Assembly (NCBI GenBank): GCA_965649825.1
Contig: OZ287708.1
Coordinates: forward strand, 13,001-77,000
Origin: Penicillus capitatus
Lineage: Eukaryota > Plantae > Chlorophyta
Direction: 5' to 3'
Length of the DNA: 64,000 bases
Numbering within the stretch: the stretch's first letter is position 1; the number at the start of each line of letters is the position of its first letter. Of the stretch, positions 24,201 to 34,161 are shown one piece after another. The position numbers and the translations under genes were made by a program. The notes beneath the pieces are model-generated. The model saw nothing but the letters and a program-made list of their open reading frames with translations, did no database searches and had not been told where the DNA came from.

Positions 24201-24560
24201 TGCGATCTCCTTCTGTATCATTCCGGCGTCGACCGAATAGTCACCCGGGGTTTTGATGTACAGAAGGCAACCTCCCTTGTGCAGATCTGGTTCCTTCCTG
24301 ATTTCGTTAGTCAGCGAGTCACATTTCCCTGTGGTACAGTATAGAATTGTGGACGTCGCTTTTTCTTGAAACAGGACAGGTTCCTTTGTATTCAAGTCGT
24401 GGGCGAGGTTAACGATGTATCCATCAATCCAGTCTTCGCCACTGCGGACGTTGTTCTGGATGCTTGTTAGAGTTTTATTCCGTAACTCTACTATTCCATC
24501 CTTCCAGCCGAACCATGCGCCGTGCGTGACGGCGGCATAGCATAGAACCCACAACAGCAT
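21255..24560 (-). CDS. gag: ORF1 of element 1: signal peptide, AAA+/torsin-like domain, coiled coil, membrane segment, Gag-like region, CCHC knuckle, aspartic protease
   Basis: MLLWVLCYAAVTHGA leader; hydrophobic W-rich region ~22710-22995; MHR-like KENLSQFTRRM; CERCNKKGHSGRDC; LLDTGA; ends in A-AAA-AAC-TAA. Confidence 0.88.
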   Translation of the reverse strand: MLLWVLCYAAVTHGAWFGWKDGIVELRNKTLTSIQNNVRSGEDWIDGYIVNLAHDLNTKEPVLFQEKATSTILYCTTGKCDSLTNEIRKEPDLHKGGCLLYIKTPGDYSVDAGMIQKEIAEFVIGCPKGIIFYDAAGGLSMGETNMLIKVLSEGARIYWDGRPISTTDISLFLLVRGEPHPENWGQKELLDTSRQRVYDLTYGDPRNGKNDFTVMSSARALRRRFGYAIPVADPEDQSGLSAGERISTGKEQPEERSKATYSDEIDEIVESVDAYLEDEYDDLYVGTEPGALDFVYAIPAEAQQDTYEDTATPQSEPEVEDTQSEEGQGPEQELPPENVFDMHGLGNALPLDAREPWAAIPVWMRDLDITWPDYVTEMMTSAVVGLTTHGVINWVANRGVLSVFYPTNLLTTVTVSVINNLPSRPKIEGELKAFNESLYDLNQFENISMSGSSTNSQGQQDSQDAWGPKGLNDDWKRLNDTLDEIRKTIYRINEHTGNLKTALDECICESQVTGWGNSHENETFLDRFIKWLTGARDNAVTWMLGTLWDKFGLRAIRSALATGNGWQLVGAAMLLYKVAAWILNVFRNIRKVVMRVVAITQGICWLLRIVWNLMRGHRAQAQQLTQELTTQQSSQEQSPPTPTQQSPPPPSQSPPQESTPSSSPSRPVAPSQSPPPPQHSAPRRADQQNTVTEIHPDPSPEVRQDTEQRGLIQSLMESVQAMQDGLMRRAAELEDRLVNRQGRLEEVVEASILTIGQRVEAVEDRMRVQQVGCELHHPEPEPSHETQGTTERKQSQQIRQDSDKRRPSEAATPHTPKSQTPTRHVEKDGPTVKNVHRMLPKRKENLSQFTRRMSKLLELIDDPVKYATATERIFNIANAQIQARLRGLPWGDAGNWPRVQRIIDECLHGGRNTRSNAPNNDKQGVRQEYGHTCERCNKKGHSGRDCPVLAKAPKTTESGTLGQANPVQRQNSQRMIQYNVPLNMENIAGKISCLLDTGAQTNILPAKLARRHNLVLRSSKVRDVTSFNNQTTRPSGEIALVCTLGKQSAEIPFVVCEGVQRPILGMQALQAFKLQLNCEEDAVYDDKGNKILIHNVSVSKN

Positions 24561-24568
24561 TGGGAGCA

Positions 24569-24583
24569 CTCGCTCCGAAACCA
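24569..24583 (-). promoter_or_regulatory. Primer-binding site of element 1
   Basis: TGGTTTCGGAGCGAG directly after the 5' LTR; a variant of the iMet-type TGGTATCAGAGC. Confidence 0.85.
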
Positions 24584-24895
24584 TGTCGCGTAGGGTTTTA
24601 GATGGGAACAATTTGAGTGGTGGGCGCACGTAAACCTTTTTGAAACGTAAAGCCTAACAAACGAAAGACGAGATCTGTACATCGACAACGCTTTTATAGG
24701 GTACTTTATTTAAGGAACAAAGAAGGAATATTCTGAGAAGATTCCGGAATCTACTTGGAATCTGTGACGTAGAGCCGCGGGTCTATTTGTGGATGGGAAG
24801 CTATAGAGAACCTACGACCTGTCACTTGGAGATCGACACAAGTGTAAGTAGATGAGCGCATTATCGTGAGCGCTACGCCTTAACACGACACGACA
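24584..24895 (-). repeat. 5' LTR of element 1, with an extra terminal 5-nt duplication (CGACA, 24891-24895)
   Basis: ...TAACACGACA CGACA then the ACGG target duplication. Confidence 0.95.
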
Positions 24896-25539
24896 ACGGT
24901 AAGCGCGTTGAGGAATGCATGTACGAGACCGTTGATCGTCGGCTCCTGGCTTTGCCAGTTGGACTGGCGATTTGGCATTCCTCACCGAACACCGAGTGAG
25001 ATACATGTCAACATCGACGTGCGGGACCGAGTCCAATAGATGCATTGCATTCACAGAACAAGGCATTCTTAGATGATAGTGTGAGAAAACATACATTGGG
25101 TGATGAGCTCTGTGGACTGTAAAACGATCTCAGATGAGCGAGAATGTGTCTGTTCACGATGAATTGGAGTGTCAGCAGACACTGTCTGTCGCGTATGGCA
25201 ACTTTACCTGGCAGGCAAGGAGTGATTGCAGAGCTGATGGCCACAATCAATGAACCGTTGAGTGGAAAATCGAAGAGTTGCGGCATACTCTACGATGGTA
25301 GGCACACAAGACGTCATAGCAGGTCGTACAGTAAGTGCTTAGTATGTTAATCCTTGATTCCCGACGAAAACACTGCAGTGTGTGCGGATGCCAGACGGGT
25401 GTCATCGCTGTCGGTTACAGGGTAACAGACGACCAGCTTCTTCAAACGATGAGTGCCTGCGTCGGTTGGCGATGTATCATACCGTCGTACGGTGAAGGGC
25501 AATGAAAAGTAAGTGATAGGCAGCTTCCTACACGAATGC

Positions 25540-25546
25540 TATAAAA
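25540..25546 (+). promoter_or_regulatory. TATA box of the VWA gene
   Basis: TATAAAA ~60 bp upstream of ATG 25602. Confidence 0.5.
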
Positions 25547-25601
25547 CCCTGCGGTCGCCTTCTCTTTAGCGTAACAACTGTCCATCGCTCGACACTCGAA
25601 G

Positions 25602-27821
25602 ATGTGTCCGACCCACCGTCTACTCTATGTGCTTTTCATTGCGCTAACGGCTTGGTTTCCGGCTCGGGCACAGCCAAGCACAAACATACCACGCTCAATC
25701 CAGGAAGTCATCGCGGAGAAAGAGAATTTCATTCGCGGCTTCGCGAAGTACGCAGAAAGCCTCTACGCGCAGAGAGAGGAGGTCGTCGAGACATGTCAGT
25801 GCGCAAAGCACGCTTGTTCGGACGATTTTGGCGACGTCGAATGCGTCGATTTCTTTGGACAGCATCCCGAGTGCGACTTACCGCACCGCCATATCGACCG
25901 CACGAAGTCGGTCTGTCGAACTCCGCCGAACATCCCAATGGACGAACTGGGTCCGTGGCTTAAAGAGAGCATCTGCGTTTACCAGAATATCACGGGATAC
26001 GTGCAAGAAGCGTGTGGACCGGAATGCAAGTCGATGTACGTCGGTATGTCTCACTCTCCGCCGCGCCGAGGTCACTCTTTTGTCTTAGGCACGAAAGATG
26101 GACACTTTACCATATATCCCGGAAGGGCCCGCGAACGCTACCCCAAAAGCAAATGGAGTGACACGCACGTCTGCGAGGAATACGACCCGCGCAAGCGTCC
26201 GTGGTATGTGGGGGCAAGCACCGGTCCAAAAGACATTGTTCTCGTTCTCGATGTCTCAGGATCCATGGGTGAGCCCATTGACCTGGAAAACAACCCCAAA
26301 TGGGATCTGGTAAAGAGAGCAGCGAGCGAAACGCTTGACACCTTGACCGTGGCTGACCATGTGAATGTGGTGCTCTTCTCCGACGACGCCAAGGTCCTCT
26401 GGACAGAATCTGGACTCGCCAGAGCCCTTTCGGAGAACATCGATAAAATCAAGATGCAGCTGGAGGAAGTGCAGCCAGCGAACAACACGAATTTCACGGC
26501 GGCATTCGAAGCAGCTTTCCCTCTGTTGTGGCGCAACTGTGACGAGGAACCTCCTCCGTGCTCAAAGTGTGAGAAGATTGTGCTCTTCCTGACGGATGGG
26601 CGAGACACGTCCAGAAGACGCGATGAGAGTATCAAACCATCAAAGATGGCTGAAGTGATCGAGGGACTGCAGACGAAACTGGAGAAAGAGACGGGCAAAA
26701 GATCGGCCATCTTCACGTTCTCCATGTCAGAAGACGCCGACGATGCCATTCCACGCCAAATCGCCTGCGCCAACAGCGGAGCGTGGGCATACGTCGGTCC
26801 CAGAACAAACCCGCTGGATTCTCTGCTTTCGTACTACCTGTACACATCCGCCGGGCTGCGCGGCATCTCCCCCGTATGGATTGAGCCTTACGAAGACGCA
26901 AGCGGTTTGGGGATCGTGACGACGGTGGCCCTGCCGATATACGCACGAGGAACAGAGCAGGAACACGACGTCTTCTTGGGCGTCGTCGGGCACCAGGTCC
27001 TCTTGGACGAACTCGTCGGAGAGCACGTCAGTCTGGATGATGTTCTTCACGAACTGATTAAAAGGACAAGAGATTGCCCGTACTCAGTCGAAACGCCATG
27101 CGAGCTCCAAGTCTACCGACACGCTCGCGACGACCGAGCACTCTGTACAGACGCTTTACCCGCGAACGAGACCATTGAAGCCGAGGATGACGAAGTGCGT
27201 TCGGATGAGGATGATGCGACTCGGAATAGTTGCTACGTGTTTAGAAACGACTACTACAGAAGGTCACTCGAAAAGGTTTCATGGAAAGAGGCCGTTTCCA
27301 AATGCGAGGATCATGGAGGTGAGTTGGTCAGCATTGACGATGTCGAAGAGCTTGGCTTCGTCAGTCGAGTCGCATCGATCGACGGATCGTGGGTCGGTGC
27401 TAATAAGGACGGCTATGAAGTTTTTTCTTGGATCGATGATCGACTGCCCCTCCTCGGAAACAATTCCAGTTACTGGGGCGTTCAGGAGCCGATCTTTCAG
27501 ATGGGAAACGAAGAGTGTGCTGCCATCGACACAAGAGGCATTGTTGGAAACATGCACGCCAAGAGTTGTGACAAGAGACTGTCCTACATCTGCAAGTTCA
27601 GATCGGAGGGGCCCTGTGGAGAGAATATTGGCACTATGCCAGACACAGGCTACTTCACAATCCCGCATCTCGGCGCCTGCATTGATATCTCCAACGCGCT
27701 GGAATCGACGCGTCCGCTTTCTCAAGCAAAGAACCTCAGGTCCAGAGAAGTCGTGTGCAGGTTTGGACCCTCAGGAGCAGGAAACGAAGAGGTTATTTGC
27801 TGCGACGGCACTGGCAAGTAG
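25602..27821 (+). CDS. Secreted alpha2-delta/CACHD-like protein (VWA_N, VWA, Cache-like) with C-terminal C-type lectin domain; intronless, 739 aa
   Basis: Signal peptide; YDPRKRPWY; MIDAS DVSGS in DIVLVLDVSGSM; FLTDG; PYEDASGLG; CTL motifs SWKEAVSKC, WVGA, ECAAID, KSCDKRLSYICK. Confidence 0.88.
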   Translation: MCPTHRLLYVLFIALTAWFPARAQPSTNIPRSIQEVIAEKENFIRGFAKYAESLYAQREEVVETCQCAKHACSDDFGDVECVDFFGQHPECDLPHRHIDRTKSVCRTPPNIPMDELGPWLKESICVYQNITGYVQEACGPECKSMYVGMSHSPPRRGHSFVLGTKDGHFTIYPGRARERYPKSKWSDTHVCEEYDPRKRPWYVGASTGPKDIVLVLDVSGSMGEPIDLENNPKWDLVKRAASETLDTLTVADHVNVVLFSDDAKVLWTESGLARALSENIDKIKMQLEEVQPANNTNFTAAFEAAFPLLWRNCDEEPPPCSKCEKIVLFLTDGRDTSRRRDESIKPSKMAEVIEGLQTKLEKETGKRSAIFTFSMSEDADDAIPRQIACANSGAWAYVGPRTNPLDSLLSYYLYTSAGLRGISPVWIEPYEDASGLGIVTTVALPIYARGTEQEHDVFLGVVGHQVLLDELVGEHVSLDDVLHELIKRTRDCPYSVETPCELQVYRHARDDRALCTDALPANETIEAEDDEVRSDEDDATRNSCYVFRNDYYRRSLEKVSWKEAVSKCEDHGGELVSIDDVEELGFVSRVASIDGSWVGANKDGYEVFSWIDDRLPLLGNNSSYWGVQEPIFQMGNEECAAIDTRGIVGNMHAKSCDKRLSYICKFRSEGPCGENIGTMPDTGYFTIPHLGACIDISNALESTRPLSQAKNLRSREVVCRFGPSGAGNEEVICCDGTGK

Positions 27822-28153
27822 CTGACTGATTTCATTCCGTTTTGCAAGGACGTCACGCTAGTGTGACCACACAAAGATACTATTGAAGTTCCCATTGAGG
27901 GAACCGACATTAAGTTTGAATCGACAAGTACCTAGACTAGCAGTCCTGTTCCTTGTGCTTACGACTCGTTGAACGTGCGAAATCTGCGCGAAGTCGAGCG
28001 AAGAGTGTCGAATTCCTCTGCAGTCAGGTGGATTGCAAGGAAGAGAGTGTGTCTCCGCGCAGAATCTCCTCGCTTTCTGCGTCGTTCTTTGGAAGAACGA
28101 ACGTGCATGGGCGCACACCACCGCGAACGTCACATCACGCTTGGCTAGCGAGG

Positions 28154-28449
28154 ATGGCATCCATCCTTCGATATCTCCTGCTGCTCTTCCTCTTCGGCGC
28201 ATTCTACTTCGCCCTGGTCACAAGGGCGAACTCCAAAGCGGCAACTGAGACGTGCCCTGCCGTCGACGATGACTGTGTCGTCGACGATGATGATGAGAAC
28301 GAATGCGTCCCCAGAGTGAAGAGGCACTGATCTCTGTGCTCGTAGTGAAATGCCTGAGTGCATTCTAGGAATGTCCGTGCACGAATGATCGAGAGTGCTG
28401 CAGCAGAATCTGCTGCAGTTCGTTAGGGGGACTGCCTGTCTGCTGCTAA
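28154..28449 (+). CDS. Small secreted Cys-rich peptide, 80 aa (exons 28154-28315, 28369-28449)
   Basis: Signal peptide, acidic spacer, tail ECPCTNDRECCSRICCSSLGGLPVCC. The paralog at 63098 has a 1-bp indel only in the intron and TGA instead of TAA. Confidence 0.75.
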
Positions 28450-29369
28450 CAGCATCGTTTTCAGAGAAGAATGCCTCTTCGACGCTCCTCAAAGGAAATG
28501 CCGAGGCCGCCTTGACATGACACACTTTTTCCTAAGCTATCTAAGAGTGCAAAGCTGGATGCCATATAAGTTGGAAAGGCCCTTCGAGATAGGACATGTT
28601 CTGAAACATTGCCAGATTTGTTTTTAATGGAACATCTTCGGGAACAAACACATGACGCTCTCTGCCTGTGTGAGATACAGAGTCAAAATGTGTTGTGAAG
28701 CATCGCGTCGCAGAGCGGAAGAATCGATTTCGGCGCATGGGAAGTTGAAGGGTGTGTCTGTCATAGCTGTTAGTCAAAAGACGGAATCTGAGATCCGTGT
28801 GGAGGTCTCATGAACTGGGATGCAACAGAGGGAGTCCATGACTCAGGTTCAACGCAGAAGAGTGAGTTGACATAAAACTCCTTGTTTTCTCTTACATCCA
28901 CTAACGAATGCACGCGTCTCGTCCAGTCGCCGAAAGAGAAAAAGGATCTTGCTCATTCCATGAGAAGCTGCAGATATAGAATATTGAAGCAGGAGCGTGA
29001 CCCAACGTCCAAAATGGATGGATGGCTAGATCCGCAATGTTGCCTGCTATTTAACGAGCTGTGTATGACTCAGCGTTGTGAAGTCACTCGATGGAGCAGT
29101 CTCTCATCGTTTCTCTCCCTTGATCTTTACCTCTTGCGTGACGACAGCAAACGCATCGACCACTTTCTCGCCGAACGGCTTCTCCCTCAATAGCCGCGGG
29201 AGATTCCAACCGATAGATACGTCACGCCGTCCTTTCAATTTGGCGGCGCACTGGACCGGCCAATTGACGGTTCATTTCGCCAGGCTTGCCTCAGGGCCGC
29301 CGTTCAAAGGCTACGAAAAGCCTCATTCGTTCGCCACAGCACCCATTCGCTCGGATACGTTCAGACGCC

Positions 29370-30517
29370 ATGCATTGGCCTTCGCTCTTGGCTCTTGCTC
29401 TTGTCGCATGCGCTTTCCATTCGGCCAACGGTGTCGGCTCATTCGGCAGCGACTACGACAGGAATGCCCGTCTGTCTAACGGGCCTCTCTACGGCGTCAC
29501 TTACTCTCCCTTTGCCCTGGACCTCGGCTCGATGCGCCTGCCGGTATATCAAGTCAATCAGGACATGCAGATTATACGGGAAGTTGCGGACCACGTCCGT
29601 CTTTACAACATCGCGGTGTGTCCCGACGTCACCCAAGTACGGACGGAACCACAAGCGACGCCGGAACCGAACGCACCAACGATGGGATGTCCATGTGTAG
29701 GCGATTCTCAGTTTTTGTCAGAGTAATGGGATGCGCGCCATCATCGGCCCCTATCTCTCCGGAAACGAGGCGATGAATGACCAGGAGGTCGCAGCAGTGG
29801 GACCCATTCTCGCCGAACATGGCAACATTATCGACGCCATCATTGTCGGAAACGAAGTGCGTCTCCCTCACGCCCTCCATCCACGATGACCATCCCATCT
29901 CTGCATTAGGTCCTCTTCAGTGAGACCCTATCCCTGAATGATCTGCTTTCCTACATCCGTCAAGTGAAGAGGATCGTTTCGAACGGTGGATACCAGACGC
30001 CAGTCACGACGGCGGATGTCTGGCCTGTGTATGAATCTGCGATCGGTCCAGAACTCGTCGGTGAGACAGACTTCATCTGCATGAACATGCAGCCGTTCTG
30101 GGAGGGGTGGGATATCGTCTGTCCCACGGGCGTAGACTATGACTGTCTGTCGGCGGGGAGTTATGTCCATGCCAAAGCCAATGGACTCGCTCAGTACTTT
30201 AGCAAACCGGTGTGGATCTGCGAATCGGGATGGCCGACAGAAGGGGAGCGATGCTGCGAAGGCTGAGCCCAGTTTCGAGAATCTAACCATTTTCCTTAAG
30301 GAACTAGTGAGCGGCGGGAAACAGGTGAATCGCCCAACGTTATATCCACGTCATTTTTGACGAAGACTGGAAACGCATCTGGTCACCCTGCGGTACCTGC
30401 GAGGGACTGAGTACAGGAGTGAACGATCCCTCCTGCAATTCGTGTGAACTGGATTATCATTTCGGTATCTATGAGTCTGATCGCACTCCGAAGAAGGGAG
30501 TCACTCTTCCTGCTTGA
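29370..30517 (+). pseudogene. GH17 (Scw4/Bgl2-like) beta-1,3-glucanase/transglucosylase with 2 introns and two apparent frameshifts near the 3' end
   Basis: Signal peptide, GVTYSPF, VRLY, IIVGNE, VTTAD, QPFWEG, ICESGWP, FDEDWK, HFGIY. The frame breaks after CCEG (~30265) and at ~30337. Confidence 0.75.
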
Positions 30518-33500
30518 CGCACTCAAACAAACGACGCTTCTTTATGAACGTCAAAGAACGCTGATCCTTTTTGGAAGGACCTGCGAAACCAGATGATGAT
30601 TTTTATTTTTTGTTTTGTAACCGTGGAGAGAAGATGTCTCTTGTGACAAACGATCGTGTCCATGTCGACACGGCGATGAACCTCCATGTAACCTCAAGCA
30701 AACGAAATGTAACAAAGACACTCTTAGCCAACAACAGATCTTGAAAACGCGAATCGTATCTCGCCATCTCCTTCTATGGCAAAGGAAAAAGCGTTCTTTA
30801 CCTCGTTAGCATGAAGTGACCGATGCCAGCTAGAGCATCGCGCGTTGTGTTTGGAGCGATTGTCTAACTGTTAGCTGATCCGAATTCGAAAAGGTACTGA
30901 CTGGAGACAACTTCTCTGTCTGATGCTGCTTCGGAGTCCGTTTCGAGATATTCGCTTGTGCGTGATATGACAGGCAGTGTCTTGACAGACAACACAAGGA
31001 AGTGACGTTTTGCCATCGGAGCTGTACGTAACGATGACTTACTCTGCCTTTTCAAAGACGCAAGCCTACATACACGATGTCCATAACAGTCACTGTCTTT
31101 CATTACTCTCGAGCGATTCAGCTGCTCAAGAGCACAAGCACAACAACCCATCCTTAGTCAGAACACAGCACGCCTGTTTGTTAAACACGCAGAAAAGACA
31201 GAATCGGAAAAGACAGAACACTCCTCAAGGCTTCCAGGATTCAGGTCGAATTCAACCAAGCATGTCTACGCGATTTGGAAGAGATTGTTTCGAGGTGTCG
31301 TGTTCACACATCGACCATTCTCGGAACTCTACAGCTACAAATAACACGGAACTGCAGTTGCCATGCAACAAAGGACGCTTCGCTTGAATCGGTCATCGGA
31401 ATTGAGACTCAGAAAAGGCGTCAGCTGGACATAAGCTTCGGACTAAGCAGACTTCGATTTCTGCGATCTACGAGACGGATCGGCAATCACAGGGATCCTG
31501 CCTTGCGGTTCCAATGAGACACGCGACGTCTCATTTCTTGAGGCCGCTCCGTTGTTGTTCTCTTCGAGCGGCTCTGTCGGTGGACGCTCAGCCTCGCGCC
31601 CGTGTTCATCTATGGTGTTCAGCGGCACGGTTTCTGGGTGCATTTGTGCCGCCTGCAGTGCGGTCTGCAGTTTCTTCTTGCTTCGTAGACGCGACAGGCG
31701 GAACTTCGAAACGCCGATGGCCACCGTCGCGGCCGTGGTGAGCCTGGTCTCGGCGGCGGAGTGATGAAAGGGATGAGAACCGTTTGCGATGTGCTGCAGG
31801 GCAGTCTTCCCTCTCCGATTGACGCCCTGTTTGCTCCGGCGGCGCTGCAAGTGCGGATCCGGGCCGCCGGTCCTGGACCTCTGGCGCAGCGCATCCGCCT
31901 CCGCCTTCATGTCGGCGGTCTCGATCAGCTCGCTCACGAAGCTCAGGAAGAACTCGCGTTCCTCCGACGTCGCCATCGCCAGCCACTGAGCGAGCGGCGC
32001 GTAGTCCCTCCAGTTCACCACGTGCATGAGAGGCAGCGGCTCGACCTTCTTCGAGAGGTAGAAGTTTCGGTAGAGATTCGTGGCGAAGTCGTTGAACGCG
32101 TCCCGACTGTCCTGATCGGCCACGGCGAGGAAATCGACCAGCTGGGGGAACTGGTCGACCAGTCTCCTCCAGAACCTAGCCACGGGATCCGTGGACAGGT
32201 ACGACGTCTCTGAGTTGTCCGCCACGTAGTCCTTGAGCATGTCGGTCAGGCGATCCCAGTCCTTGATGTGTTCCGGATTCCTCTGCAGGCAGCGGTAGAC
32301 GAACCCGGGCCTGAACTTGTCCAGAAGCTCGAAGCTGACGGTCTTGTCCGCGTCCCTCGACCGGACCGTCTCCAGCACGACCTGCGTGACGGCGTTGTTG
32401 ATGACGGTCGAGACCAGCTGCGATCCGATGCCGTCGCCTTCCTTCTTTCCGGCGAAGCACCGATGGCGCTTCTTCAGGGACACGGTGTAGCACTTGTTGG
32501 TGATCTCGGCGGCGAAGATCATGGCGAAGACGACGACCAGCATCAGAGACGTGATCAGGACCAGCCATTCGAGAATCTCCCGGTTCGCATCCGGAAGGTT
32601 CTCGCTGTAGAACATCAGTCCGCCGAACGCCTCGAACAGCAGCGCCACCAGCAGGAAACTGAAGAGGACGTCGAGGTAGGTGTTGACGTAGGGCGCCGTG
32701 TAGATGTGGACCATCAGAGAGGCGTTGATGATCACCGAGATCGCTCCCACCTGGAAGGCGGGATTGTTGACGTAGACCAGCACCAAGACGAAGAGCAGCT
32801 TTCTGAGGATGTCGATGGCCGGAGTGAAGTAGTAATCCAGCTCGTACTTCTCGTAGATGAATCCGTACCTGCGGAGCTGCACGGGATCCACGAAGCCGCC
32901 CTGGGAACGCAGACAGTAGAGCTTCCAGCCGACGAACGCCGGGTAGCCGACGACGAAGACGAGGATGCCCACGATTGCCAGGACGACGGTCTTCATGTGC
33001 TCCTCGTCGCAGACGACGCTCGGATCCGCCCGCAGCACGGAGACGGACGCGACGTTCGTGCACTTGAACACGTCGAAGCAGTACTTGGCGACGGTGATGT
33101 AGGTGGTGTCCACCGATGCCAGCAGCGTCGCGATGGTCGCGTCCCACTTCTGCACGAGCTGCGCGTCGTCCTCGGGGAGGTGCACGAAGAAAGACACCAG
33201 CCGCCTCTTCCGCCCCTCCAGTTTGACCCACCGGTGCTTGTGCAGCACGTAGGCGAGAGCCGATCCCAGATAGCCGCTGCAGCCCATGATCGTCATCAGG
33301 AAGGGAAGCCCCAGCTGCAGCAGGAATCTCTGCCTGAATCCCCACCGAGCGCTGCAGGACGGCTGCATGATGTCCACATCGAAGTCCAGAAGACTGGCCA
33401 GGCCGAACAGCGTGACCACCATGTCCGTCCACTTCAGGTGGATGTCGCCGATGACGTTGGCCAGCTGCGCCCAGTGCAGGACGATCTCGAGCGACGCCAC

Positions 33501-34161
33501 GTTTCGCGACACGACGACGTTGATCATGTACCACACCAGCAGCAGGAAGGTGAAGGCGGCTGCAACGCCTGCCGAGTTTCGGCACGGATAGCACTTCTGA
33601 ATGACGCGGAAGTAGCCGTCGGCGCACTCCGAACACAACCTACAGCGCGGATCCGGACGACGGACGGAAACCGTGTGCTGCCCCACCTGCCCATGTGCCC
33701 CTCCTGACAGTCTCTGCCCGGTCCTCCGACGCAGCTGCTGGGAGGATCGCAGCTGTACACTTCGTTTCGCTGGAGATCTCCGGTCCAGTAACCTTCCTGC
33801 GGAACCGGCAGCCGCATTCCGCCTTCGCACGTCGCTCCCTCGGGACACGGCTCGCACGCCGTGCCCGGTTTCGTCTGGCGGTTCACGTAACCCTGCCTGC
33901 ACACACATTCCTCTACGTCCCTGGCTCCGCGGACGGTTGTCGTCGTTCCCTCCGGACAAGGCCTGCACGCCTTCTGCGCCAGCTGATCCGACCACGTCCC
34001 GATCGGGCAGTTGTCGCAGTGATCGGCGTCGACCTGATCCGAAAACTCTCCCCGCGTGCAGGCCTCGCAGGGGTCGAACGGATCCGGGCCGACATACGAG
34101 CCTGGCATGCACTTCTCCCTGTAGCGGTTCCTCGCCGGATAGTTCAGCAACTCGGTGGCGT

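Larger units (their letters stand above)
17944..24895 (-). mobile_element. Full-length Ty3/gypsy-type LTR retroelement 1
   Basis: 307-bp LTRs, TG...CA ends, ACGG target duplication (17940-17943 / 24896-24899), PBS, PPT, domain order PR-RT-RH-IN. Confidence 0.97.
17505..25110 (+). pseudogene. 'Gene X' part A copy, split by LTR element 1
   Basis: Removing 17944-24899 restores CTCTTGTACGG|TAAGCGCG, matching the uninterrupted copy at ~8110. Confidence 0.5.

Noticed and set aside
32176-33707. Long ORFs 32176-33636 (-) and 32268-33707 (+)
   Set aside because: Alternate-frame and antisense shadows of the GC-rich receptor CDS; no domain-like content.
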